From positions 1,792,001 through 1,856,000 of the forward strand of contig OY843592.1 in NCBI GenBank assembly GCA_963692865.2: 64,000 nt of DNA, read 5' to 3'. Made by a program: the position numbers and the translations under genes. Positions 1-9,609 of this stretch are shown piece by piece. A model generated the notes under the pieces. That model made no database searches and had not been told where the DNA came from. It worked only from the letters and a program-made list of their open reading frames with translations. The DNA comes from a bacterium. Lineage in GTDB: Bacteria; UBA8248. Positions within the stretch are counted from its first letter, which is position 1. Each line of letters starts with the position of its first letter.

Positions 1-563
1 TTCACGAGGTTGCCCGTCTCCGATTGAAGCTCCTTTTGCGCGCTCGCGAGGGACTTGACCTGCTCGGTGAGCGAGCCGTACGCCTCCCGCCTAGCCCGCT
101 CGAGGTCCTCCACCTGGCCCCCGACCTTGTCGAGCGACTCCCGGATGGGGGCGACCAGGGTTTCCACCGCCTTCTGGCGCGCTTCCAGGTCGCCCTTGGC
201 CTCGCTCTGGAATTTTTCGAGGGTCGCCTTCGCCAGATCGAGAAAAGAGGCGTTGTTGCTCTTTAAAGCATTGGCGCTCAGCGCGCCGAAACTCTCGCGC
301 ATCTCCTCGGTCGCGCCGCGAAGCAGGTCGATTTTCTCCTGCGCCGATTTGCGCTCGTGCGCGAGGTCGGACTCGATGCGCGCCACGTTCTCTCGCAGGG
401 CCGTGTTCTTGTCCTGCTCGGCGGCGTGGGCCGCCTGGGCGTCGGCCTTTTCCTTCTCGGCGTTGCGCAGCATCCGGGACAAGCCCGATATCCGCGACCT
501 CATGGCGAACCAGAGGCACAAGGCGAGGGCGGCGGCTCCCGAGGCGACGTGCCAGATTTCCAT
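1..563 (-). CDS. rmuC: DNA recombination protein RmuC (5' part; runs off the window edge)
   Basis: Manual translation from ATG 563: N-terminal TM segment, coiled coil, then RmuC-like 'FGALSANALKSNNASFLDLAKATLEKFQSEAKGDLEARQKAVETLVAPIRESL...ETGNLV'. Absent from the ORF track because there is no stop inside the window. Confidence 0.85.
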   Translation of the reverse strand, partial: MEIWHVASGAAALALCLWFAMRSRISGLSRMLRNAEKEKADAQAAHAAEQDKNTALRENVARIESDLAHERKSAQEKIDLLRGATEEMRESFGALSANALKSNNASFLDLAKATLEKFQSEAKGDLEARQKAVETLVAPIRESLDKVGGQVEDLERARREAYGSLTEQVKSLASAQKELQSETGNLV

Positions 564-679
564 GCGGGAATTCTCCCTGGGGCGATGATTTCTCATGGCG
601 GGCGGGTGTCGCAAGTCTCGCTGGCATTGTATCAGGGTTCGCGGAAAAATTCTTCCCGGCGGGGTTTGGGCATGAAAAC

Positions 680-757
680 GGGCGGCCGCAGGGGGCCACC
701 CCTACGAAACTCCGAGCTCGAAACGAAGCGTAAGGACAGGTCTCGACCTGTCCCTAC
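680..757. repeat. REP-like palindromes ending in CCCTAC (GTAG on the minus strand)
   Basis: GGGCGGCCGCAGGGGGCCACCCCTAC and GGACAGGTCTCGACCTGTCCCTAC; the latter family recurs at ~12124, 12328, 36477-36552 and 61652. Confidence 0.7.
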
Positions 758-784
758 AAAACCAACCCCACCCGCCCCTGGAAA

Positions 785-1048
785 TCACTCCTCTTCGAGG
801 CGGACGGCGGTGTCGATGAGGATGCGGTAAATCTGCTCGAGCGTCTCGGGCGGGCACGGGCCCTCGTTGCCGCCCAGCACTCTGGCGAAGACTTCGCTCT
901 CGCGTTCTTCGTCCTTGACGGCGATGCCCCGCGCGCTCTTGTACTCGCCGACTTCGAGGCAGATTTTGAGCCGCTCGTTGACGAGGCGGATTATCTGCGC
1001 GTCGCACGCATCTATCCGCTCCCTGAACCCGGACAATCCATCCGCCAT
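785..1048 (-). CDS. Chorismate mutase (AroQ / CM_2 type)
   Basis: 'LSGFRERIDACDAQIIRLVNERLKICLEVGEYK...AVKDEEREÉ' type pattern (R-x-x-I-D-x-x-D ... L-x-x-R ... D-x-x-RE); ~87 aa. Confidence 0.85.
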   Translation of the reverse strand: MADGLSGFRERIDACDAQIIRLVNERLKICLEVGEYKSARGIAVKDEERESEVFARVLGGNEGPCPPETLEQIYRILIDTAVRLEEE

Positions 1049-1303
1049 GCCGCGCTCCATTTCAAGGACGTGTTGAGAGCAGGAACGGCATTATACCACG
1101 ATTCGCGGCGGTTTCATTCCCTCCGGCCCCAATTCCGCGAAAACGCTTTTCGCGGGCGTCTGACTCGATGCGCAAAGCAACCGGGCGCCATGCGTTTTTC
1201 GTTGCCGCCGACTGCGTGGATTTGGTATGTTGCTCTCGTGCGGCGCGCAAACAATTTCGCCGCTTCCAGACTCGTTCTCTTTCGGAAAATAGGAGTCGTT
1301 CAC

Positions 1304-3148
1304 ATGCCGCATCATCTTCGTCTGATCGGCGTCGTTCTTCTCGCGCTCACCCTGGGATTCACCGGGAGCGCCTCGGCGCAGAGTTTCAGCAACTTCGTCG
1401 TGTTCGGCGACAGCCTGAGCGATTCGGGCAACGCGGCCCAGGCGTTTGGACTGCCGGCGGGCGCCAGCTTCACCACGAATCCCGATCCCGTCTGGGCGGA
1501 GATCGTCGCGGAGGCCTTCGGCGCATCGGGGAAGAATTCGCTCGCCGGCGGGCCGAACTACGCCGCCGCCGGAGCGTGCGTGAATCCGGCCACGCCTTGC
1601 GATGAGCCCGACTCGCCGACTCTGACGGAGCAGATCGGCCTGCACCTCTCCTCCGTGGGCGGGCGCCTCGACCCGAAGACGCTCTACGCCGTCTGGGGTG
1701 GCCTGAACGACATCGCCGACTCCGCGCAGAACGATACCCCCAACGCGCTGGGCCATACGCTGGCGGCCGCGGACGTGAACGTCGCGCAGATACGACGCCT
1801 GCAGGAAGCCGGCGCCCGCCATATTCTGGTGTTCAATCTCCCCGACGTCAGCATCGCTCCATACAGCATCGGCCAGGGGCCAGTCGTCCAGGGAGCGCTG
1901 GCCGCATTCGGCGCCGAATACAACAAGAAGCTCTTCGATGGGATTCGCAAGAATGAGGGGGGCGTCATCCCCGTCAACATATATGCCGTTTTCAACGAAA
2001 TCCTCGCAAACCCCGGCGCATACGGCCTCACCAGCATCACCGGAACGGCCTGCGGGGAACCGAACGCCCCGGAGGCGCTCTCCATCCAGTGCGGGCCTGC
2101 GGGTTCTCCTTTTCCCGTAACTTATGCGCCCGGGACCAACCAGACGTACCTGTTCGCGGACCGCAGCCATCCGACCGGCGGGGTCCACGCGATGCTCGCA
2201 TCCCTGGTCGCCTCCACGCTGGCGGCCCCGCTCCAGGTCTCGCTCGCGGGCGAGGCGGGCGCCGAGGCGGCGGCCGCGCACCACGGCGTCATCGCGGCGG
2301 AGCGCGCTCCGGATTTCGCGCTCCCCGTCGGGAGTTGGCGCGGCTATGCGCGGGGGCAGTTCGGGGGAAGCGACCCGGGCGCTCTCGCGCGTCTCGGGGA
2401 TATCGAATCCGACATGACGGTAATCACTCTCGGAGCCGGACATCGCGCCGGCCCGGACCTCTCCTGGGGCGCCGCGCTGAGCGTCGCCCGCCACGAAAAC
2501 GAACTCACGGGGACAAACCTGGACAGCGACGTCGTGCTCGGCTCGCTACACGGCGCGTGGCGCAGCGGCGGTCTCCAGGTGAGCATCGCCCTGACTCTGG
2601 GCCAGACCTCGGTAGATATCGATCGTTCGATCACCGTGCAAGCCTTGACGCGAACCGAGCGAGGCTCCACCGAAGCCGCCCTGGTCGGGGGCGAATTCGA
2701 GCTGGCGTGTATATGCAACACTTCCGAGACTCTCCGGCACGGCCCTTTCTTCGGCCTCGCGCTGCTTAACCAGGACGTCAAGGGTTACCGGGAGAGCGGA
2801 AGTTCGTCTACCTCGATGAATTTCTCGGACTTCTCGCGCAATTCCTTCGTCGCGCGCGGCGGCTACCGCCTCGGCTGGCGCATCGGCGGACTTCGCCCCT
2901 ACGCGAGCATCGCCTATGAGCACGAACTCGAGGACGACCCCGTCCTCGTCTCGGCGGGTTCGAACACCATGCCCGGGCGCTTCACGCTTCCGGGCTTCAC
3001 GCCTTCGGGCGGCACCGTGAGCGCCGACTTGGGCGTAAGCGCGAAACTCGGCGAGCGCGCGAGCGGCCTCGTGGGCTACGCCGGACGCTTCGGCGAGGAC
3101 TCGCGCCGCAGCCACCGCCTCTCGCTCGCCTTGCGAATCGTCTTTTGA
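1304..3148 (+). CDS. Autotransporter GDSL esterase (EstA-like)
   Basis: AGGAG RBS, signal peptide, FGDSLSDSGN block I, GxND block, FADRSHPT catalytic DxxH, C-terminal beta-barrel ending in F. Confidence 0.9.
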   Translation: MPHHLRLIGVVLLALTLGFTGSASAQSFSNFVVFGDSLSDSGNAAQAFGLPAGASFTTNPDPVWAEIVAEAFGASGKNSLAGGPNYAAAGACVNPATPCDEPDSPTLTEQIGLHLSSVGGRLDPKTLYAVWGGLNDIADSAQNDTPNALGHTLAAADVNVAQIRRLQEAGARHILVFNLPDVSIAPYSIGQGPVVQGALAAFGAEYNKKLFDGIRKNEGGVIPVNIYAVFNEILANPGAYGLTSITGTACGEPNAPEALSIQCGPAGSPFPVTYAPGTNQTYLFADRSHPTGGVHAMLASLVASTLAAPLQVSLAGEAGAEAAAAHHGVIAAERAPDFALPVGSWRGYARGQFGGSDPGALARLGDIESDMTVITLGAGHRAGPDLSWGAALSVARHENELTGTNLDSDVVLGSLHGAWRSGGLQVSIALTLGQTSVDIDRSITVQALTRTERGSTEAALVGGEFELACICNTSETLRHGPFFGLALLNQDVKGYRESGSSSTSMNFSDFSRNSFVARGGYRLGWRIGGLRPYASIAYEHELEDDPVLVSAGSNTMPGRFTLPGFTPSGGTVSADLGVSAKLGERASGLVGYAGRFGEDSRRSHRLSLALRIVF

Positions 3149-3434
3149 CCGGTTGACGCGGGAGAACATGGCGGGCGGACGCCCCGGCAGTCCCACTCAC
3201 CAGTCACGGCGATTCCGGCGAGTGCTTCGGCGGGCGGCCTTTTCCCTTGAGATAGCGGAGTCCAAGCCGCCCGCGCTCCCGGGCGGGTGAAGGTCAGGCT
3301 TGACGGCTGGTCTTTCGCGAGACCGCGTTTTTGCGGGTGAGCGCCAAAAGTGTTACTAATGTGTTCCACCGGACATTTCATTCGCCGCTCGATGAGGGCG
3401 TCTTTCTTTTGGCCACGAGGCGGGGTTCGATTCG

Positions 3435-4403
3435 ATGAACGAGGCGGGAAACTTTCATTTCGGCTATCTGCTGCCCACGCGCGGCGTCGTCGTGGCGGCG
3501 GCGGGCAAGGCGCCGGACACCGACCCCATTTTTACTTTAGCGAAAAAGGCCGAAAACCTGGGTCTCGACTCCGTGTGGCTCGGCGACAGCGTGCTGGCGA
3601 AACCGCGCATGGAGAGCTTCACGACCTGGGCGGCGGTTCTCGCCTCGACCGAGCGCGTACAGGTGGGCACGGCGGTGATGCTCGCGGCGCTCAGGCATCC
3701 GGTGATGCTCGCCCAGTCGATGAGCACGCTCGACTGCATGTTTCCCGGGCGCGTCCTCCCCGGCCTGGGCGTGGGCCGCACGGACTTGAAGTTCGAGTTC
3801 GAGACCATCGGCGTTCCGATCAACGAACGCGCGCGCCGCTTCTCCGAGACCGTGGAGATACTCAAGCTCCTCTTGCGCGAACCACAAGCAAATTACGCGG
3901 GGAAGCATTTCTCCTTCGAGGGCGTGGCGCTCGAACCCCGTCCCAAAACCCCCGGCGGCCCCCCGGTCTGGATATCGAGCAACCTGGTGGATTCAGGACT
4001 CAGGCGCGTGGCGCGCTTCGCCGACGGCTGGATCACGAACTCCATCACGGCGGACCTCTACCGGCAGTGCTGGGAGAAGATTCTCTCGTATTCCGACGAG
4101 TTTGGTCGAAAAGATGAAATACAGGAAATTCCACAGTGCCTCTACGTCACGATGAACATCAACCCCGACGGGGCGAAGGCGGAGGCGCAATGCGGGGAAT
4201 TTCTCTCCAAGTACTACCACAAGACCTTCGATGAGGTGCGCAAGCAACTCCTCGTCCTCGCCGGGGATGGTGATAGCGTGGAGGAGCAACTAAGAGAATA
4301 CGTGGCGGAGGGCGCGCGCGTTTTCGTCGTTCGCTTCGCGGGCGGTAGCCAGGAAGAGCAACTCGAGAATTTCGTCTCCGAACTCCTGCCGAGGTTCAAG
4401 TAA
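3435..4403 (+). CDS. LLM-class flavin-dependent oxidoreductase
   Basis: 'AENLGLDSVWLGDS', 'TERVQVGTAV', 'RVARFADGW' luciferase-like motifs. Confidence 0.9.
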   Translation: MNEAGNFHFGYLLPTRGVVVAAAGKAPDTDPIFTLAKKAENLGLDSVWLGDSVLAKPRMESFTTWAAVLASTERVQVGTAVMLAALRHPVMLAQSMSTLDCMFPGRVLPGLGVGRTDLKFEFETIGVPINERARRFSETVEILKLLLREPQANYAGKHFSFEGVALEPRPKTPGGPPVWISSNLVDSGLRRVARFADGWITNSITADLYRQCWEKILSYSDEFGRKDEIQEIPQCLYVTMNINPDGAKAEAQCGEFLSKYYHKTFDEVRKQLLVLAGDGDSVEEQLREYVAEGARVFVVRFAGGSQEEQLENFVSELLPRFK

Positions 4404-5588
4404 ATGGTCCTGGAGAACGGAACGGGCGCTTCCAAAGAGGAAGTCAGCAAGAGGATAGCGGACGCGCGCGGCCTCATGCGCGCGGCGGAACTCGACGTTC
4501 TCATCGTCATCGGGCGTTCTTTTTACGACCGCATGGGGAGCCTGACCTACCTCACCAACCATTTCCCGCCGTTTCCACCGGGCGCGTTCAGCGATACCGT
4601 CCGGGGGATGGGCCACGGCGTGCTCGTCCTGCCGATTGAGGAAGAGCCGCTCCTTTTCGTGGATCACAGAAACTATCGCCGCGAGATGGTGCACGTCGAG
4701 AAGGTACAGGTGGAGGCGAACATCTCCGCGGGCCTGGTGAATCAACTGAAACGCCTGGGCGCCGGGAGCGCGCGGGTAGGGGTCGCCGGAGAGGACATCA
4801 TGCCGGCCACGATGTACATCGACCTGACCTCCGCGCTGCCCGAGGCGCAGTTCTCGAACGCGAACGCCCTCGTGGAGCAGCTCCGCGCGAGGAAGAGCGA
4901 GACCGAAGTCGCTTACTTGAAGCGCGCGGCGGAGATCGTCGAAGCGGGCTACGCCGCGATTTTCGATGCGATTCGCCCCGGCGTGAGCGAGAGCGATCTG
5001 TGCGCCGAGGGCCATGCGGCGGGCATGCGCGCGGGTGCGGATTTCGTGCGCTACGTCCGCGTTCACAGCGGCCCGTGGGCGAGCTGGGGTTCGCGCTGGC
5101 CGCAGGCGACGCAGAGAAAGATCGAGGCGGGCGACCTGATCCGCTTCGACTACGTGGGCGCGGTGGAGGGTTACGGCTTTGACGTGAACCGCACCGCCGT
5201 GGTTCCGGGAAAGAAACTCGATAAGGGCGTGGAGGAGATGCTGGAGTTGACCGTCGCGACCTCGGAAGCGTCGATGGGCGCGGTTCGCGCGGGCGCCAAG
5301 GCTTCGGATGTGCACGAGGCGGCGAGCCGGTTCCTGGACGAAAACGCGAACGGGGCGGGGCAGTATCTCTTCCCGATGGCGGGGCACGGCATCGGTCTCG
5401 AAACCGTGGAGGCGCCCATCATCCGGCCGGACAACGAGATGGCGCTTGAGCGCAACATGGTGCTCTGCGTAGAGCCGCAGTTCGTGCTGCCAGAAGTCGG
5501 GGGCACGAACATCGAGCAGATGGCGCTCGTGACGGACGAGGGATGTGAACTCCTCACGACGACCACCACGCGCCCCTGGGCGGAGTGA
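4404..5588 (+). CDS. M24 family (Xaa-Pro peptidase/creatinase-like) hydrolase
   Basis: 'RARKSETEV', D..D in 'FDYVGAVEGYGFDVNRT', 'GHGIGL', 'VEP', 'IEQ' pita-bread motifs. Confidence 0.85.
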   Translation: MVLENGTGASKEEVSKRIADARGLMRAAELDVLIVIGRSFYDRMGSLTYLTNHFPPFPPGAFSDTVRGMGHGVLVLPIEEEPLLFVDHRNYRREMVHVEKVQVEANISAGLVNQLKRLGAGSARVGVAGEDIMPATMYIDLTSALPEAQFSNANALVEQLRARKSETEVAYLKRAAEIVEAGYAAIFDAIRPGVSESDLCAEGHAAGMRAGADFVRYVRVHSGPWASWGSRWPQATQRKIEAGDLIRFDYVGAVEGYGFDVNRTAVVPGKKLDKGVEEMLELTVATSEASMGAVRAGAKASDVHEAASRFLDENANGAGQYLFPMAGHGIGLETVEAPIIRPDNEMALERNMVLCVEPQFVLPEVGGTNIEQMALVTDEGCELLTTTTTRPWAE

Positions 5589-5742
5589 GTCAGGCACTCC
5601 AGGGCTGGCGGGTAAAGTCGCCTGATGAGTGAAAATCGATAATCATGCGTTCGTAATGCGCTGGTAATTTTCATGTGAGACGCTTCCTGATGAGTCTGGC
5701 GTTTGTTCGTGAAAAACACTTCTTTAAGAGGATGGAATTTCC

Positions 5743-7614
5743 ATGAAGCGGTTCCTGAGCCCGGTCGCGCTGTTGGCCATTGTCTGGTCGGTCATCCAGC
5801 TTTACTGGGCCTTCTTTGGGATGCTTCACGTCTTCACTTCCAGACCGCTTCACCTGAGCTTCGCGCTGGGCATCGTCTTCCTCACGAAACCGTTTCGCAA
5901 GGAAGGCCGCGTAGGTCCCGTCGATTACGTCCTGACCGTCATCGCCATGGCCATCGCTGTGCTCTATCTGTGGGAGTGGAACTTCCTGAACGAGCGCATC
6001 CGCGACGTGGACGAAGTGCCCACGCGCTATATCTACTTAGGGTTAGCCTACATCCTTCTGACCGTCGAAGCGTCGCGGCGTTATCTCGGCTGGGGCGTTA
6101 CCTCGGTCGCCGTCGTGGCGCTGGCCTATAACTTTCTGGGCCACCTGATACCGGGCGCGCTGGGGCACCGCTTCATCCTGTTGACCGAGTTCATCGAGTT
6201 CCAGATTCTGGGCGTCGAGGGCCTGCTGGGCGTTCCGCTGGGCGTGAGCGCGGAGGTGGTGTTCTATTTCGTGCTCTTCTCGGCGGCGCTCGAGGTCTCG
6301 GGCGGCGGGCGCATGTTCATCGATCTGGCCATCCGGCTCACCGGTTCGTTCCGCGGCGGGCCGGCCAAGGCGGCGATTGTGAGCAGCAGCCTCATGGGAA
6401 CCATCAGCGGGAGCGCGACGGCGAACGTCGTGGGAACCGGCATCTTCACCATCCCGCTGATGAAGCGCCTGGGCTTCGCCCCCCATTACGCGGGCGCCGT
6501 GGAAGCGGTGGCTTCCACGGGTGGACAGCTCATGCCGCCCATCATGGGCGCGGGGGCCTTCATCCTGGCCGACATGACGGGAACGCCCTATCTCCGGGTG
6601 GCGGGCGCGGCGGCCATACCGGCCATCATCTATTACGTCTCGCTGTTCTTCATGGTCGATCTGGAGGCGAAGAAGCTGAACCTGAAGGGCCTGAGCAAAG
6701 ACGAGATGCCGGAGCTCAGGAGCATCCTCCTGGAGCGCGGCCTCCTGCTTTTTCCGATCGTCCTGCTCCTGGGCTACATGGTCGCGGGTTTCACGCTCAT
6801 GTGGTCGGCGACTTCCGCGGCCATCGGCGTGGTGGTGCTCAGCTGGGTGCGCAAGCCGACGCGCATGGGGCTCGAGAAAATCATCGAAGCGCTCGAGAAG
6901 GCGGGTCGCATGACTGTCCCCGTCGCGGTTCCCTGCGCCATCGCGGGCGTCGTGGTCGGCGTGGTGGACGATACGGGCATCGGCCTCAAGTTCTCGGGCC
7001 TCATCGTCAACATCTCGGGCGGCATGATCCTGCCCGCACTGGGCCTCACGCTCATCGGCTGCGTCATCATGGGCATGGGGATGCCCACCGCCGCCGCCTA
7101 CATCATGGCGGGCACCCTCCTGGGGCCTGCGCTGTTCAAGCTGGGCCTTCCCGTTCTGGCGGCGCACATGTTCATCTACTATTTCGCCATTCTCTCCATG
7201 CTCACGCCGCCGGTGGCGCTCTCGGCCTACGTCGCCTCCGGCGTGGCCGATTCGGACCTGACCGCCACGGGCTGGAAGGCGTTCCAGCTGTCTTTGGCGG
7301 GATTTCTCATTCCCTTCGCGTTCGTATATAATCCGTCCATGCTATTCATCGGCCCGCTCGGTGAGACGATGTGGGTGTCGATCACCTGCATCATCGGCGT
7401 GGCGGCCCTGGCGGCGGCGATCACCGGGCACATATCGCTCCCCCTGGCGGGCTGGGAGCGGGCGGTTTTCTTTATCTGCTGCCTGGGGCTGATTGTTCCG
7501 GAGAAGATGACGGACATCATCGGCTCCGTGTTGCTGGTCATTGTTTTCTGGCGGCATCTGGCGCGCGCCAAGAAAAGCGCCCTCGCCGTGGAGTCGGCGG
7601 GGCCGGTGTCTTAG
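5743..7614 (+). CDS. TRAP transporter fused 4TM/12TM permease
   Basis: Highly hydrophobic; 'GGPAKAAIVSSSLMGTISGSATANVVGTGIFTIPLMKR', 'ASTGGQLMPPIMGAGAF'. Confidence 0.92.
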   Translation: MKRFLSPVALLAIVWSVIQLYWAFFGMLHVFTSRPLHLSFALGIVFLTKPFRKEGRVGPVDYVLTVIAMAIAVLYLWEWNFLNERIRDVDEVPTRYIYLGLAYILLTVEASRRYLGWGVTSVAVVALAYNFLGHLIPGALGHRFILLTEFIEFQILGVEGLLGVPLGVSAEVVFYFVLFSAALEVSGGGRMFIDLAIRLTGSFRGGPAKAAIVSSSLMGTISGSATANVVGTGIFTIPLMKRLGFAPHYAGAVEAVASTGGQLMPPIMGAGAFILADMTGTPYLRVAGAAAIPAIIYYVSLFFMVDLEAKKLNLKGLSKDEMPELRSILLERGLLLFPIVLLLGYMVAGFTLMWSATSAAIGVVVLSWVRKPTRMGLEKIIEALEKAGRMTVPVAVPCAIAGVVVGVVDDTGIGLKFSGLIVNISGGMILPALGLTLIGCVIMGMGMPTAAAYIMAGTLLGPALFKLGLPVLAAHMFIYYFAILSMLTPPVALSAYVASGVADSDLTATGWKAFQLSLAGFLIPFAFVYNPSMLFIGPLGETMWVSITCIIGVAALAAAITGHISLPLAGWERAVFFICCLGLIVPEKMTDIIGSVLLVIVFWRHLARAKKSALAVESAGPVS

Positions 7615-7672
7615 CCAAGAACGCATTATAGACGGAACAATTCGTGGTATTTCCAACAGAGGAGTTTTCGAC

Positions 7673-8647
7673 ATGAAGCGCACATCCTGGAAAATGGGTT
7701 TCGTTCTCGCGGTGGCCATCGGCGCATTCGTGGCCGTCCAGGCCGAAGCGGCCCGCCTCACGATGGGAAGCTGGAAAAAAGGAAGCGGCTGGCACGTGTA
7801 CTCGGCCACCATGGCGAACATCGTGAACAACGCGAAAGTGGGCGTTCAGATCGACGCCCTCTCCAAAGGCGGCGGCGTGGGCAACCCCAAGCTCGTCGGC
7901 ACCGGCAAGTTCAGCATGGGGCTCACTTTCAGCGTGGCGGCGGCCTGGGCCTATCAGGGCAAGGTGGCCTACAAGAAGCCCTACAAGAACCTGCGCGGGC
8001 TGGTAGGCGGCCTGGACCAGTACTTCCTGGGCATCGTCACCACAAACCCCAAGGTGAACGGCATTCTCGACCTCAAGAAAGTGCCCGTGAACTACGTGAC
8101 GGTTCCGCGCGGCGGGCTGGGCCAGTGGGCCACGCGCGCCATGCTCGGGGCGCACGGCATCACCTATGAGGGCATCAAGAAGATGGGCGGTTCGGTGACG
8201 CATACCGGCTTCGGCGCCATCAAGAGCCGGATGAAGGACGGCCAGGCCGACATGCTGAGCCACACCGTGAACGCCGGCCATCCGGCGCTCACCTCGATCG
8301 CGGTCCAGAAGAAACTGAAGTTCCTGGGCGTAGCCGATGAGTTCCGCAACAAGCTTCTGGGCATCGGCTTCCTGAAAGCCACCATGCCGGCCAAGACGTT
8401 CCCGGGGCAGGACAAGCCCAAGAACACGTTCGGCTTCACCACCGCGGTCCTTGCCTCCACGGCGCTCAGCAACAAGGATGCGTACAACATCGTCAAGTCG
8501 CTGCTCGACAACGTGAAGGACCTGCGGGCGGGGCATAAGGGTCTCAGGAACTTCGACCCGGCCAAGACGGGCTGCAAGGAAGCGCAGATGGGCATTCCGT
8601 TCCATGACGGCGCGGCCCGCTACTGCAAGGAGAAGGGCTGGAACTAG
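7673..8647 (+). CDS. TAXI-family TRAP solute-binding protein
   Basis: Signal peptide after GAGGAG RBS; 'GGGVGN', C-terminal 'IPFHDGAARYCKE'; adjacent to the fused TRAP permease. Confidence 0.88.
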   Translation: MKRTSWKMGFVLAVAIGAFVAVQAEAARLTMGSWKKGSGWHVYSATMANIVNNAKVGVQIDALSKGGGVGNPKLVGTGKFSMGLTFSVAAAWAYQGKVAYKKPYKNLRGLVGGLDQYFLGIVTTNPKVNGILDLKKVPVNYVTVPRGGLGQWATRAMLGAHGITYEGIKKMGGSVTHTGFGAIKSRMKDGQADMLSHTVNAGHPALTSIAVQKKLKFLGVADEFRNKLLGIGFLKATMPAKTFPGQDKPKNTFGFTTAVLASTALSNKDAYNIVKSLLDNVKDLRAGHKGLRNFDPAKTGCKEAQMGIPFHDGAARYCKEKGWN

Positions 8648-8807
8648 TTGATGGCTCAAGCGGCGGGAGCTGTTCCGCCGCCTGAAAAAGCAGGAACGAG
8701 AGCCGCTATCGGTTCATAAATCGAGGTTCGACTCCCGCTGTCCGTCTGTTGATGGGCGGCGGGAGCCTTCTATTACAAAATCCGTTTGCTCCAACAGGGG
8801 GAATGCC

Positions 8808-9599
8808 ATGCCGTACCGCTTCGTCGATCTCACGCTCACCGTCGACCCGGAGGACACCTACGTTCAGTTTCCGCGCGATGAGATTTACGACAAGCCGGCT
8901 CCGGGTACGACCATCACCCCCATCGCGACGCTGGATGTGGACCACATCTGCAACTTCGGCTTCACCACGACCACGCAGAGCTACACGCACTACGACGCGC
9001 CCTACCACTTTTTTCACGACGGGCTGAAGAACGACGAACTACCCCTCGATCACGTCTGCGGCGACGCCTGCGTGATCAAGGTGCCGGGCAAGGGAAATTC
9101 CGAATCCGTGACGGCAGAAGACCTGGAAGCCACGGGCGTGGAGGTGCGCCCCGGCGACATCGCCATCGTCAGCACGGAGTGGACCGACCGCATGTGGGGC
9201 TCGCGCGATTTCTGGGAGCATATGGTCTATCTCTCGACCGACGCGGCCGACTGGCTCATCGAGAGAGGAATCAAAGCGCTCGTCCAGGATTTCATGACGT
9301 GCGACTCGCCGCTCTATCCCCCCGAGGAGCGCAAGTGGCCCGCCCCGAACTGGAGTCCCAACCACATCAAGTTCCTGGAGCGCGGGATATGCTTGATCGA
9401 GTGGTGTACGAACATGGGCGCCATCCAGAAAGAGCGCGTCCTGCTGATTACGGGCGCGGTGAAGCTCAAGGACACCGAGGGCGCGCCCGCGCGCGTCATA
9501 GCGATTGAATTCTGGGATGAGGAGCCGCCCCGCGACGGCGCTCCCCCGCTGCCGCCCCTCGAGAATCCCTATACGGATCGCGGCTCCTGGGCCAGATAA
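8808..9599 (+). CDS. Cyclase family (kynurenine formamidase-like) metal hydrolase
   Basis: 'THYDAPYH' (HxDAPxH), 'LIE', C-terminal 'EGAPARVIA'. Confidence 0.85.
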   Translation: MPYRFVDLTLTVDPEDTYVQFPRDEIYDKPAPGTTITPIATLDVDHICNFGFTTTTQSYTHYDAPYHFFHDGLKNDELPLDHVCGDACVIKVPGKGNSESVTAEDLEATGVEVRPGDIAIVSTEWTDRMWGSRDFWEHMVYLSTDAADWLIERGIKALVQDFMTCDSPLYPPEERKWPAPNWSPNHIKFLERGICLIEWCTNMGAIQKERVLLITGAVKLKDTEGAPARVIAIEFWDEEPPRDGAPPLPPLENPYTDRGSWAR

Positions 9600-9609
9600 G
9601 GCGCGTGAG

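Noticed and set aside
24-830. ORF-track calls at the left edge
   Set aside because: All overlap the real minus-strand rmuC frame starting at 563.
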